Below, piece by piece: positions 9,446 to 19,168 of a DNA stretch of 64,000 nt (position 1 is its first letter; each line of letters begins with the position of its first letter). The stretch lies in the IMG/VR virus record IMGVR_UViG_3300050821_010409, positions 30,160-94,159 of that record. One strand, 5' to 3'. The notes below the pieces were generated by a model. It was not told the DNA's origin. It saw only the letters and a list, made by a program, of their open reading frames with translations, and did not search any database. This DNA is from a virus (taxonomy: Duplodnaviria; Heunggongvirae; Uroviricota; Caudoviricetes). A program made the position numbers and the translations under genes.

Positions 9446-10258
9446 ATGTACTGGCGCTTTTTCACTGCCCGGCCACGGGCATTGGTAACCCAGGCGAGGG
9501 CGGTCCGTGCCGCAGCCGCCGGGCTGGCCCTGTCAGCAGCCGTCCTGTGCTTCGCCTTGCTGCCTTCCGGGCCAGCGCGCGGCCAGTCCGATGCCGTGGC
9601 GCCCAGCGCCCCTGGCACGGCCCAGGGCGCCTACACCGACCTGGGCAGCCCTAGGCAGGACAAGGCCCTGCGCGCGGCAGCCGCCCTGCAGGCCACGGCG
9701 CAGGCAGACGCGCTGGTCACGCGCACGGCCGCACTGACCTACCACCAGAGGCACCTCGCGCACCTGGCCCACCTGGCGCACATGGCCCGGCTGCACGCGG
9801 CAGCCAGCAGCGTGCAGGCGCCGGTGACGGTGCTGGCCAAGACCCGGTACCAGTGCGGCGATGGCGACGGGGACGGCTACGACATGCCGTGCTCGCAGCT
9901 GCGCCCCGCCACCCCGGCGCACGCTGCCCCCGTGACGGTGAGCCACCCTGGTGGCGGGAGCGCGAGCGGGACTGGCTGCTCTGACCCGAGCGGCCACCTT
10001 ACTGCTGCGCAGGTCGAGATGGCCTGGAACTGCGCGGGCGGCCCGCACTGGGCAGACAGCGCAGCAGTCGGGATCGCCACGTGCGAGTCAGGCATGAACA
10101 CGCGCGCATTCAATCCCTCGGGAGCGACGGGGCTTTTCCAGATCCTTGGGGCAGTAGTCCCTGGCGATCTTTACGACGCGCACGTCAACGCCCTGAACGC
10201 CGTGAGCAAGTTCGACGCCTCCGGCCAGTCCTGGGCACAGTGGGTTTGCCGTCCGTGA
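9446..10258 (+). CDS. secreted lytic transglycosylase (SLT-domain) protein
   Basis: Signal peptide; C-terminal ESG..N.RAFNPSGATGLFQI SLT-like motif; N-terminal domain paralogous to the next gene. Confidence 0.6.
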   Translation: MYWRFFTARPRALVTQARAVRAAAAGLALSAAVLCFALLPSGPARGQSDAVAPSAPGTAQGAYTDLGSPRQDKALRAAAALQATAQADALVTRTAALTYHQRHLAHLAHLAHMARLHAAASSVQAPVTVLAKTRYQCGDGDGDGYDMPCSQLRPATPAHAAPVTVSHPGGGSASGTGCSDPSGHLTAAQVEMAWNCAGGPHWADSAAVGIATCESGMNTRAFNPSGATGLFQILGAVVPGDLYDAHVNALNAVSKFDASGQSWAQWVCRP

Positions 10259-10290
10259 AGCGCGCCCGCCGGTACACGAAGAAGGTCATC

Positions 10291-11052
10291 ATGAGCACCA
10301 CTCATCGCGGGCGGTCAGCCGTCATCGCCGCCCTGGCTACCGCCCTGGGCCTTGCGGCCTTCCTCACGCTGCCTGCCAGCATGGCCAGCGGGCAGGCCGA
10401 CGTCCTGACGGCGCCAGCTGCCAGCGCCATCACGGCACCCTATGCCGATCCGGGCAACCCGGCCCTGGACAAGGCCCAGCGGGCCGCGTCCGCGCACGCC
10501 GCCATCGCCCAAGACGATAGTGCCCAGGCGGCCGTGGCTGAGCACGAGCACGCCTTCCACCTGCAGCACGTCGCGCACCTCCTCGTGCAAGCTTCCCTGG
10601 CCGAGCGCGCCGTCACCCGCCAGGCACCGCCCGCGAGCACGGGCGCCGTCACGGTCACGGCAGCCGTTGCCACCACGGCCACGACTACCGCGGCGGCCCG
10701 CAGCGGCACGGCTGCCCGTGCGCTGGCCTGGGCGCTGACGCAGGCGGGCAAGTGGTACGCCTGGGGCGGTGCAGGACCATCCACTTACGACTGCTCGGGC
10801 CTGGTCATGCGGGCCTACCAGCACGCCGGCATCACGCTGCCGCACAACACTGGCATGATGGTGCGCAGCGGCAAGCTGGTGCGCACGTCCAGCCCGCGCC
10901 CGGGCGACCTGGTCATGTGGGGCGGCAGCTCGCCGTACCACGTGGAGCTCTACATTAGCCACGGCCGCACCTTCGGGGCGCACCATAGCGGCACCCGGAT
11001 CGGCTACGCCAGCCTGTGGGGCTCGCCGGCCTTTTACCGGGTGGTGGCCTGA
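10291..11052 (+). CDS. NlpC/P60 family peptidoglycan endopeptidase with signal peptide
   Basis: YAWGGAGPSTYDCSGLV..HNTG..GDLVMWGG..HVELYISHG catalytic Cys/His arrangement; signal peptide. Confidence 0.75.
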   Translation: MSTTHRGRSAVIAALATALGLAAFLTLPASMASGQADVLTAPAASAITAPYADPGNPALDKAQRAASAHAAIAQDDSAQAAVAEHEHAFHLQHVAHLLVQASLAERAVTRQAPPASTGAVTVTAAVATTATTTAAARSGTAARALAWALTQAGKWYAWGGAGPSTYDCSGLVMRAYQHAGITLPHNTGMMVRSGKLVRTSSPRPGDLVMWGGSSPYHVELYISHGRTFGAHHSGTRIGYASLWGSPAFYRVVA

Positions 11053-11119
11053 AAGCGTGGCTTGTGTATCACGCAGTCGTGTAGGCTACCCCGCAGAAAG
11101 TCCTGAGAGAGGAAACCAG

Positions 11120-12055
11120 ATGTTCAAGCGCATCGCCCTGGTGCTCGCCGCCGCAGTGACTGCGGTGACGGCCGCAGGCGGGCTGGCGCAGGCAGCAGCC
11201 TCCTACCAGCCGGAGTTCACTAACGCCGCCACCAATCCCGTGGCCGGCTACCTGGTGCAGTACACCAAGCCCGACCAGCGGGGGTTCAACGAGGTCACCA
11301 CCTCCATCGGCGACACCTACAGCAACTCATCGGCCCTGAGCCTGCTGCCCGCTGACGCCAACCACGGCATTGGCACTGAGCTGTGCGACCCTTCCACCGG
11401 GGCCGCCATCCAGGTGGGCGTCGTGAACAACGGGAATGCGGTCGGCAGCGCTGACACGTACAACGTGGAGTGGGCGGCTGGCTACCTTTCGTCCGTGCTC
11501 AGCCCCCCGAAGACGGGCGTGGCCTATTCCGAGAGCGACCCGTGCCTGAACGGGGTGCTCGGCGACAAGTTCCTGACCAGCCCAGCCGGCCCGCAGCTGC
11601 TCATCGCCAGCATCCCGGTCCAGGACAACGTCAACGTCTCCATTGCCCGGGTAGGCGGCCACTGGGTCGTCTCGGCGAATGTCCGCGGGGGGCCGGTCAG
11701 CTTCAACGGCGGCCTCCAGGCCCGGACTGCGTCAACGTCCTTCTACTTCAACCAGCACTTCAACGAGGCGGCATTCGGCGCGGAGGCTAACCCGGGCCAG
11801 TCACTGCAGCCCCTTGCTGACGGCGCAGTCGCGGTGGGCGCGCAGGCGCACATGCGGGCCATTTACGGCACCGTCGTGCAGCACGGCCACCAGGGCGGCG
11901 CTCCCACGCTGGACGCCTTCCCGTCCGCCTTCGGCAAGGTCATCTTCGTCAGCTCCACGCTGAACGGCGACCCGGGCGGCACCGTCTACGCCGCGCCCAC
12001 CCTGCTGCACAATGACGCCTTCGAGGCGCACGAGGGGCAGACCAACCTGGGCTGA
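11120..12055 (+). CDS. secreted hypothetical protein (311 aa)
   Basis: RBS GAGAGGAAA; N-terminal signal peptide MFKRIALVLAAAVTAVTAAGGLAQA. Confidence 0.55.
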   Translation: MFKRIALVLAAAVTAVTAAGGLAQAAASYQPEFTNAATNPVAGYLVQYTKPDQRGFNEVTTSIGDTYSNSSALSLLPADANHGIGTELCDPSTGAAIQVGVVNNGNAVGSADTYNVEWAAGYLSSVLSPPKTGVAYSESDPCLNGVLGDKFLTSPAGPQLLIASIPVQDNVNVSIARVGGHWVVSANVRGGPVSFNGGLQARTASTSFYFNQHFNEAAFGAEANPGQSLQPLADGAVAVGAQAHMRAIYGTVVQHGHQGGAPTLDAFPSAFGKVIFVSSTLNGDPGGTVYAAPTLLHNDAFEAHEGQTNLG

Positions 12056-12077
12056 TTTCCTGGCAGCCTGAGACCAT

Positions 12078-12111
12078 GAAGGCCCCCGCATCATCTGGTG
12101 CGGGGGCCTTC
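12078..12111. terminator. hairpin (13-bp perfect stem GAAGGCCCCCGCA/TGCGGGGGCCTTC) between convergent genes
   Basis: Perfect inverted repeat seen in the sequence. Confidence 0.5.
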
Positions 12112-12138
12112 TCAGTACCCGTCGAGGTAACCCCCAGC

Positions 12139-12633
12139 TTACTGCCCGGGCCGGTACTGCGCAGCGCAATCGTGCAAGGTGTCGATCTTCTTCACGCGCG
12201 CCAGGAAGGCGTCAGCAATGTGAACCGTGGCCTTTGGCGTCTTCTTGCTGATGAGCAGGCCGATGAAGTCAGTCCAGATCTCGGTCTGCCCCTGCCGGTA
12301 GTCGTTGCCGCCCGCGCAGCTGGTGATGGCCTCCTGGCGCAGCTTGTCATTCTGCTGCATGAGCTGCTGGTTGGCAGCCCGGAGCTGGGCATCGGTCCGG
12401 TGCTGGTCAACGGCCACGTAACCGAGGACCGCGCAGGACGCCAGCACGATGACGGCCACCACGCACAGGGCGATGATGGCCTGCCGCAGCCGGCTGATCA
12501 CCCGCTGGTTGACCGTGTTGGCCCTGGTGAGCTTGTCCACCTGCCTGATGGCCGTCCTCATCAGGACGGACTCGTCCAGGCCTTCCAGTACCTCGTCCTC
12601 ATGGCCCTCTGGCGTCAGCTCGTCGTCTATCAT
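12139..12633 (-). CDS. membrane-anchored hypothetical protein
   Basis: ORF with an internal TM segment; its start overlaps the stop of the upstream gene in the order of transcription. Confidence 0.5.
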   Translation of the reverse strand: MIDDELTPEGHEDEVLEGLDESVLMRTAIRQVDKLTRANTVNQRVISRLRQAIIALCVVAVIVLASCAVLGYVAVDQHRTDAQLRAANQQLMQQNDKLRQEAITSCAGGNDYRQGQTEIWTDFIGLLISKKTPKATVHIADAFLARVKKIDTLHDCAAQYRPGQ

Positions 12634-13199
12634 CTCCTTGCTCCCCCTTGCGCGACGTGCTCCATGGTCCGCAGCAAGATGGCCGCCGCCAGCTGCTCGC
12701 CCTGGTAGACCGGGAAGTCAGGCCGGGCGCCCCCAGGCTCGAAATCACGGATCTTCATCAGTATCGCGCGAAGCTCGCGTTCCTGGTCACCCGACAAGGT
12801 GCCGCCCATGAAGGACTCCAGCAGCGCGTCGACGTGCGCGCGCCGCGGGTCAGGACTGTGGATGATCTTGGCTGCGTCCATGGCCACCGACTTCCAGAAG
12901 ACCTCGATCTTCGTTTCCGTGACGGCCATGCGGTCCAGGATGGCGCTGATCTTGACGCTCTGGTCGTGCTGCTCAGCGGCGATCTGGTTCTGGCGGCTGA
13001 CGATGGCGTCCAGGCGGGCGGCAAGCTCCCGCTGGGCGGCCGTCACCGACTCCGTCTCAGCATGGACGATTTGCCTGATGCGCGCCGCCTCCCCCTGGGT
13101 GACAGCATCGCGGCGCCGTTCCCGGTACGTGAGGTAGGCGATCCACAAGGCGAGCACGCCGCATACGGAGCTGATCGCTATCCATACGACATCACTCAT
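12630..13199 (-). CDS. membrane-anchored hypothetical protein
   Basis: N-terminal TM segment; translationally coupled to 12139-12633. Confidence 0.5.
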   Translation of the reverse strand: MSDVVWIAISSVCGVLALWIAYLTYRERRRDAVTQGEAARIRQIVHAETESVTAAQRELAARLDAIVSRQNQIAAEQHDQSVKISAILDRMAVTETKIEVFWKSVAMDAAKIIHSPDPRRAHVDALLESFMGGTLSGDQERELRAILMKIRDFEPGGARPDFPVYQGEQLAAAILLRTMEHVAQGGARR

Positions 13200-13585
13200 C
13201 TGCCGCCGTTAACCCGGCTCACGACCATCACCGCCAAAAATCACGAGGGGAGGAAGAGCATCCCGTTACGTGAGTTTACGATGCGCCGCCGCTCAGGTGA
13301 AGGGAGACGGCGCGCCCGGCGTCGTGGGCCGCGTCCTGCCGGGTCGCGCTGATGCCCCCGTTGAGCCGCTCGCCGTGCAGGTGCAGCCGCCAGTACCAGG
13401 AGCCGTCCGCCAGCTGGGCGTACTCCCGGTCATACTGGCCACGCCGCCAGGTGTACTCGCTGGCGGACAGGTACTCAGGCATGATCACGATCTTTCCTTA
13501 TGCCGGACTGCTCTTTCCAGGAACCGCAAGCGAGCGTCTGGAGACCGGTGGCTGGCTCCGGCAGATTGGCGGCAAGAAAGCGTGG

Positions 13586-13939
13586 CTAGCTGGCTATTTC
13601 CTGCTCAGGCTCAGCAGCCAGCTGCTCGTCATCCAGCCCTGGCTCCTGCTCGTCATCAGGCTCCGGGCCTTCGGATGGCAGCAGCTCAGTAGACTCACAG
13701 TGCAGTGCCTTGCACAAGGCGTCCAGGGTGCGCGGCTTCGGGCGGCGCCAGCCGTTCTCGATCTTCGCAATAGCATCCGGGGTGATCGTGTAGCCGTTGC
13801 CGGCCATTGCCTCAGCAAGCTGGGCCCGGGACAGCCGCCGTTCCTGGCGCAGCCGGACCAGGCGATCACGGTCAATGGTGATCCCGGCCCCGGGCCGCCT
13901 GATCGCGGTACGGCCCGCGCGCCCGCTGCTGCTGGTCAT
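13586..13939 (-). CDS. XRE-family helix-turn-helix transcriptional regulator
   Basis: LSRAQLAEAMAGNGYTITPDAIAKIENGWRRPKPRTLDALCKAL HTH_XRE pattern. Confidence 0.65.
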   Translation of the reverse strand: MTSSSGRAGRTAIRRPGAGITIDRDRLVRLRQERRLSRAQLAEAMAGNGYTITPDAIAKIENGWRRPKPRTLDALCKALHCESTELLPSEGPEPDDEQEPGLDDEQLAAEPEQEIAS

Positions 13940-13980
13940 GCCCTCATGATACCCCCTGAGACTGCTTTTGAAGATCATGA

Positions 13981-14215
13981 TCATGCGCCGCGATTGAACT
14001 CCCCGTGCTGCGCGCCGGCAATGAAGTCATCCCACTGGGGCGCCGGGATCGCCAGCGTGCCAGCCTCCGGGTGCTTGCTGTTCCTGACGTAGATGACGTC
14101 GCCGTCCAGTCCTGCCACCTCGACGCAGTTGCCGTTGTAGACGCTCAGCGAGCTTTTCGCCCAGTCTCGCGGCCGGGTGCGGTGCAGCCAGCCGGGCAGT
14201 CCCGGGAGCCTCATT
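13981..14215 (-). CDS. DUF397 domain protein
   Basis: WAKSSLSVYNGNCVEVAGL..VIYVRNSKHPEAGTLAIP..W..F signature of DUF397, usually paired with XRE regulators in Streptomyces. Confidence 0.6.
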
Positions 14216-14345
14216 CTGGCCGGCGCCCTTCTACCAGGTCCTGCCAGGCCTCGCCCAGTCGCGGGATGTCCCGCAGGAGCTGGTGCCAGGGGCCGGGGCT
14301 GGCCAGCCCGTGATTCAGTGACGCGCCCTTGATGGTCATTATCCC

Positions 14346-14561
14346 TCATCCCTCCTGGTTACGTGGAGCTTTATTGGCCCACGGCCTGACGTCCAGCTCA
14401 ATCACCGTGCGCCCGGCCTGCGCCAGGGACTGCACGGTCATCTCGTTGGTGATCACGGTGCCGACGGCGCTCCTGGTCACCTCACCGGGCAACGGCCGCA
14501 CGACGAACCAGTCCACCTGGACCCCGCCGTCACCTGCTCCGTGGCTCAGCTGGATCTTCAC
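14346..14561 (-). CDS. hypothetical protein
   Basis: Small native-looking ORF overlapping the next gene by ATGA. Confidence 0.3.
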   Translation of the reverse strand: MKIQLSHGAGDGGVQVDWFVVRPLPGEVTRSAVGTVITNEMTVQSLAQAGRTVIELDVRPWANKAPRNQEG

Positions 14562-14646
14562 GTGGTGTCACAGTCCTCTCGCCCCTGCGGGCAGCATTCA
14601 CTGTTCACGTGGTGTCGCAGTTCCATTGCCCCTGCGCGGGCCGCAT

Positions 14647-15582
14647 TCACGTGGTGAACTCCCCTGTCGGCACGGAGGCGAGCATGCCGTTGAGGGTGGC
14701 AAAGACCCGGGCATCAGGATACGCCTGGCCGATCATGTCCATCAGCACGCCCAGCCATGCATCCGCCATCTTCTCCGGGCCGTCCTCCACGGTGAACCCC
14801 AAGGTGAGCGCGAGGATGCGGGCCTTCTGGCAGCGGAAGCCCTTCGTGCCGGTGACGACCCGGCCGGTGCCCTCCACCACGCCGAAGACCGGCAGCTTGA
14901 TGTCCCAGGCATGGTCATCCAAGCCCCAGTACGCCCAGAAGCCGCAGCCGCAGGCCAGCCCGGTATCCGGATCTGCTTCCACGGGCGGCTCGTGGGCCGT
15001 GTTATTGCGGCACGCGGCCTCGTTGACCCCGGGCCGCCAGGGATGATCGCGGACTCCCGTCAGCAGCAAGGGCTCCGGAACAGGCCAGATGGCTCGCGCA
15101 CTCGGCTCGGCGCCAGCCGCCAGCGCGCGGTCCAGCGCCCCTGCTGCCGGGAAGCTCCACTGCCGCAGCCCGCGCACGCTGCCGATGGCAAGCGCGTAGT
15201 CACCGGGCCTTGACCCGTCGAACCCGGCAATGCCCGCGTGCGCAGGCCGGGCAGGCATGATGATGCCGCTGCGGGCCGTCCAGCGGGACATGCTGCTGCT
15301 CCCGAAGCCGAAGCTCCCGGAACTGAAGCTCCCGAAGCTTTTGCTTCCCGGCGGCAGCCCGCACCGGGCGCACCCGCACAAGCCCCGCGGTCCTCGTGCG
15401 CAACTGCCGTCGCACAGGCACCCGGGGCTGGTACTCCCCGGGCACGCAGGCGAGCTCAGTGGCTGGCTCATGGGAGCCTTTTCCTTCCTGGTCTTCCGCG
15501 TCCTCGCGCATGTCACGAGCAGCATTGCCCACCCAGTTACGGCGAGGCTGAAGGCTGCCCAGTGCAAGACGGCGCCTGTCAT
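14647..15582 (-). CDS. hypothetical protein (N-terminal TM and Cys-rich segment; start uncertain, possibly 15291)
   Basis: Native-looking C-terminal 200 aa; no clear RBS at 15582. Confidence 0.35.
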   Translation of the reverse strand: MTGAVLHWAAFSLAVTGWAMLLVTCARTRKTRKEKAPMSQPLSSPACPGSTSPGCLCDGSCARGPRGLCGCARCGLPPGSKSFGSFSSGSFGFGSSSMSRWTARSGIIMPARPAHAGIAGFDGSRPGDYALAIGSVRGLRQWSFPAAGALDRALAAGAEPSARAIWPVPEPLLLTGVRDHPWRPGVNEAACRNNTAHEPPVEADPDTGLACGCGFWAYWGLDDHAWDIKLPVFGVVEGTGRVVTGTKGFRCQKARILALTLGFTVEDGPEKMADAWLGVLMDMIGQAYPDARVFATLNGMLASVPTGEFTT

Positions 15583-15758
15583 GCACTCACGCAGGCACCG
15601 GCTCCAGGGCCGGGGCTGGCTCAGTCACGGGCAGCGGCTCTTCTTCCGGGACGGGCTCCCCGGGAACCGTGAGCGGCTCCAGGTACCGGCGGCGCAGCGG
15701 CTCGCCCATGTCGCCGCCTCGTACTGTCCTCGTCATTGTCATGACGCCCTCTTCCTCC

Positions 15759-15962
15759 TCAGGCATGGCCGTCCTCGGCAGCCATGCGCCGCAGTGCTTC
15801 CATGTCCACCTGCCCCGCAGGCCAGTGCGGGTACTCGTCAATCACGTGCGTCCGGGTGAGCTGCAGCCGGATGTCCTCGTCGTCCCAGGCGGGATGGCGC
15901 TTGCGCAGCCACGCTGCCGTCACGGTGTCGGCATCCGCCTTCGCGCCTGGTGAACTGCGCAT
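15759..15962 (-). CDS. hypothetical protein (67 aa)
   Basis: Strong RBS AAGGAGG 6 nt before the ATG at 15962. Confidence 0.5.
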   Translation of the reverse strand: MRSSPGAKADADTVTAAWLRKRHPAWDDEDIRLQLTRTHVIDEYPHWPAGQVDMEALRRMAAEDGHA

Positions 15963-15974
15963 GGTTGCCTCCTT

Positions 15975-15993
15975 TGTCTTTTATAGTATAACT
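15975..15993. promoter_or_regulatory. promoter motif TGTCTTTTATAGTATAACT in a divergent intergenic region
   Basis: Same subfamily. Confidence 0.35.
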
Positions 15994-16090
15994 GAACGTG
16001 CGCCCCGCACAAGCACGCCCTTGGCGGTGGCCGTCCGGGCCAGCTGTAGGATAAGACCGCTGAAGACTGCAAGAGGCGGGAGCACGCATC

Positions 16091-16247
16091 ATGATCTGCA
16101 TCCAGTGCCGGCACGGGGCCTGCCCGCGCTGCCCGGAGCAGTCCCGGCAGGCGGCCCCCGGGCTGACGGCGGCCGAGAAAGCCGGCTCGCAGCTGTGCGA
16201 CTGCCAGCACGCTCCGGCCCCGCTGGCCACGCAGGAGGACGCGTGAG
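16091..16247 (+). CDS. small Cys-rich (zinc-finger-like) protein (52 aa)
   Basis: CxxC..CxxC..CDC pattern; below the ORF-track cutoff, read manually. Confidence 0.35.
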
Positions 16248-16587
16248 CACCCCTGATGCCGCTCGCCAGCGCGTGATCCTCACCGCGGAGCCGGGCAGCC
16301 GGCTGGAGGAGCTGCTGGCCATGTACGAGCCGCTGAAGGCCGCGGCTGAGGAGGCCGCCAGCCGGTTCAAGGCCGTCACCGATGCCCTGAAGGCGGAGCT
16401 GCCCGCATTGGCCCCGGAGGGCACGGCCGCGATCACGCTGTCCGGCGTCCCGGGCTTGCCGGTGCTGCACCAGACGTGGGTCGAGACCTGGCGGCTGGAC
16501 AGCAAGCAGCTCAAGGCTGACGACCCGGTCACGTATGTCCGCTACGCCGTCAAGGGCGGCCACTGGGAAGTGCGGGCCGCGCGATGA
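16244..16587 (+). CDS. hypothetical protein
   Basis: GTGA start-stop overlap with the previous small ORF; native-looking sequence. Confidence 0.45.
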
Positions 16588-16638
16588 GCCTCCTGAAGCG
16601 GCTCCGGTCCCGGCTGGCGCTGCGCGGCAAGGACAAGC

Positions 16639-16903
16639 CATGCGATCCTGGCTGCCCGTGCCACCTGGCGCCGGCGTACTGGAGCGGGTCCATGCGCTGG
16701 ACGCCGGGAAGCTGGGAAGGGCCCTGATGCTCCAGGCGGCGTACGCGGGGGTGCGCACCGGGACGGTGGCGCGGACCGCCAGCGTCAGTGATGGCATCAT
16801 GATCGACGTGGACGGTGCCGGGCGCGTGCTCGGCATCGAGGTGCTGGACGGCAGTCACTGGCAGGCCGGGGGCAGGTGTTGCTGGTCATGCAGGGAAAGC
16901 TGA
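16639..16903 (+). CDS. small protein, DUF2283-like (..GIMIDVDGAGRVLGIEVLDGS)
   Basis: Motif resemblance only. Confidence 0.35.
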
Positions 16904-16925
16904 CGATGACGGAGGAACAGCCATC

Positions 16926-17201
16926 ATGATGAGCTGGCGCACGGCAACCTACAGTGGTCGCAGCAGTTGCGTGGAAGCGGCGAGCTGGCGAACGGCAACC
17001 TACAGCTCTCTCTACGAATGCGTGGAGGCAGCAAGCTGGCGCAGGGCAAGCGGATGCGACGGGGGCACCTGCGTGGAGGCCGGGCACGGAAGCGGCGTGG
17101 TGGGCGTGCGCGACACCACGCAGGCCGGCGACCCGGCGCGCACCGTCATCGAGTTCAGCGCTGGCGCCTGGGCAGCATTCACGGCCACACTGCGCGCGTA
17201 G
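16926..17201 (+). CDS. DUF397 domain protein with an internally duplicated motif
   Basis: RBS GGAGGAA; SWRTATYSG.SSCVEAA repeated twice, then GGTCVEAG..VGVRDT..P..W..F. Confidence 0.6.
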   Translation: MMSWRTATYSGRSSCVEAASWRTATYSSLYECVEAASWRRASGCDGGTCVEAGHGSGVVGVRDTTQAGDPARTVIEFSAGAWAAFTATLRA

Positions 17202-17308
17202 TCTGCCTTCTCGCGCAGTTATTGACACGATCCTGCCGTCAGCCTAGGACAGCCAGCCACTATGATGCAGTCAATGAACTCCAGGCAGCCAGCACCCGCC
17301 AGCAGTGA

Positions 17309-17344
17309 CCGTTCATGCCTGCGCAGAGGCAAGAGAACTGCGAC
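17309..17344 (+). repeat. solitary CRISPR repeat unit S1 (31/36 match) directly abutting the ATG of the exonuclease gene
   Basis: ccgttcATGCCTGCGCAGAGGCAAGAGAACTGCGAC, then ATG at 17345; identical to array repeat positions 7-36. Confidence 0.9.
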
Positions 17345-19168
17345 ATGATATCCATGTCCCCGGCCGACTTCATGGCCACAGCTCCCCGGGCACTGGACGG
17401 CAACACCGCCTGGGCGTCACGGTACGCCCGTGAGCTGAAGGGCGTCATCACCCGGCAGGCCACGCTGGCCCCGCGCTCCCAGCAAGTGCACCTGGGTCCC
17501 AGTGAGCTTGGAGTGCAGTGCGACCGCCAGGTTGTCGGCAAGCTGGCGGGCCTGCAGAAGACGAACAACGTCTTCGACCCGTGGCCGAGCATCGTCGGGA
17601 CAGCGATTCACGCCTGGCTGGCGCAAGCCTTCCTGGACGACAACGCCCGTGAGCGGATGCTGCGCTGGGTAACGGAGACCCGGGTCGTCCCGCACCCCGA
17701 CCATGCCGGGACAGCGGACCTCTATGATGCTTTCGAACACAGTATCGTCGACCACAAGTGCTTGGGTCCCACGTCCCTCAGCAAGATCAGGAATCGCGGC
17801 CCATCCCAGAAGTACCGGGTCCAGCTACTGCTGTACGGCCTGGGCTTCCGGGCGCTGGGCCTGCCGGTAAAGCGCGTGGTGCTCGCTGCCTATCCGCGCA
17901 CGGCGGCCACCCTGGATGGCATGTACGTCTGGGAGCGCGTGATCGCGCCGGAAGACGACGCGCTGGTCGCCCGGATGCTGGAGCGCACGGCCGTCCGCAA
18001 GCTCATAGCGGCAGAAGTCACGGCTGGCCGCATGACGTTCATGCAAGTGCCTGCTGCGCCTGATGATGACGAATGTTACGTATGTCTTGGAGCGTCAACC
18101 GAAGTCGTCACCCGGAACGGGATCCGGCCCATTGCGCAGCTGGCAGCAGGCACCCATGAGCTCCTCGTGCCAACGCTGAGCGCTGACGGGAGCCGCATGC
18201 GCACCGGCAGCTTCCAGGAAGCGCCTGTGCGGTACTTCGGGCAGCAGCCAACGTACCGCATCGTGCTGGAAGACCGGCGCCTGCGCAAGGAAATCAGGGC
18301 CACGGCTGAGCACGGCTGGTTCGTGACGGACCGGGCGCGCAGGCAGCCTAATGGCGCCAGAATCGTCCGGCACCAGTGGCGCAAGGTCACTGCCGAGCTT
18401 CAGCCGGGAGACTTGCTCCAGCCGCTGCGGCGCAGTACCGCCAGCATGCCGGACATGATGGACGTCGCGGTGGCCCAGGGCTTCACCTTTGGTGACGGCA
18501 CGATCGGGCAAGGCCAGCGACCCGCAACACTGTGCATTTTTGACGCGAGCAACGGCAAGGATGTGATGCTCCGGTTCTTCCCGGCCTTCAAGCAGTATGA
18601 AGGCGTGAAGCACATTTACGGGCTCCCCAGGTTCTGGAAGGAGCTGCCACCGCTGAGTGAGTCACGCTCCTTCCTGCTGAGCTGGCTAGCCGGGTACTTT
18701 GCCGCAGACGGGAACGTCACCCCTGCCGGCCAGTGCTCGCTATCATCAGCCCGGGAAGAGGACTTGCTGTTCGTGCGCGACCTTGCAGCCGTGTGCGGCA
18801 TCGGTTACCGCCAGGTCTCCAAGAAGGCGCGCATCGGCATTAACGCCACTGAGGCCACGGATCTTTTCAGTATCGGCCTTCAACGGCGCGATCTCCCCGC
18901 ATGGTTCTTCTTGAAGGACGCACACCAGGCTTACGCACAAACTGCCAACGAGCAGCCAGAGCGGGAAAGTTACTGGAAGGTCGTATCCGTGGAGCCCACT
19001 GGCCTGGTTGAACCGGTGTATTGCGCAACGGTTAACGGCGCAGAGGCGTTCGCCCTGGCTGATGACCTGATGACGGGGAACTGCCCGTATTATCGGCCCA
19101 CGTCAGCTTATGATGGCGGCCCTGGCTGCCCAGGGACGATCATCCGGAAGCCAAAGTCCAATGATTAG
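17345..19168 (+). CDS. Cas4/RecB-family PD-(D/E)XK exonuclease interrupted by an intein
   Basis: D..DHK nuclease motif (ADLYDAFEHSIVDHK) and flanking Cys residues (GVQC; CYVC; CPYY..GGPGC) suggest a Cas4-like Fe-S exonuclease. Mature extein is ~274 aa. The ORF-track start 17315 lies inside the repeat. Confidence 0.65.
   Translation: MISMSPADFMATAPRALDGNTAWASRYARELKGVITRQATLAPRSQQVHLGPSELGVQCDRQVVGKLAGLQKTNNVFDPWPSIVGTAIHAWLAQAFLDDNARERMLRWVTETRVVPHPDHAGTADLYDAFEHSIVDHKCLGPTSLSKIRNRGPSQKYRVQLLLYGLGFRALGLPVKRVVLAAYPRTAATLDGMYVWERVIAPEDDALVARMLERTAVRKLIAAEVTAGRMTFMQVPAAPDDDECYVCLGASTEVVTRNGIRPIAQLAAGTHELLVPTLSADGSRMRTGSFQEAPVRYFGQQPTYRIVLEDRRLRKEIRATAEHGWFVTDRARRQPNGARIVRHQWRKVTAELQPGDLLQPLRRSTASMPDMMDVAVAQGFTFGDGTIGQGQRPATLCIFDASNGKDVMLRFFPAFKQYEGVKHIYGLPRFWKELPPLSESRSFLLSWLAGYFAADGNVTPAGQCSLSSAREEDLLFVRDLAAVCGIGYRQVSKKARIGINATEATDLFSIGLQRRDLPAWFFLKDAHQAYAQTANEQPERESYWKVVSVEPTGLVEPVYCATVNGAEAFALADDLMTGNCPYYRPTSAYDGGPGCPGTIIRKPKSND
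18083..19081 (+). mobile_element. intein (333 aa) with a LAGLIDADG homing-endonuclease domain
   Basis: Starts CLGASTEVVT (Hint block A), contains TAEHGWFVTD (block B), two LAGLIDADG-like motifs (VAQGFTFGDGTI; WLAGYFAADGNV), and ends ..FALADDLMTGN followed by Cys. Confidence 0.65.

Noticed and set aside
17315-17344. Taking the ORF-track start 17315 (MPAQRQENCD..) as the true start of the exonuclease.
   Set aside because: That start lies inside the solitary repeat; the annotation uses the ATG at 17345 immediately after it. Initiation at the repeat-internal ATG remains possible and is discussed under the solitary-repeat finding.
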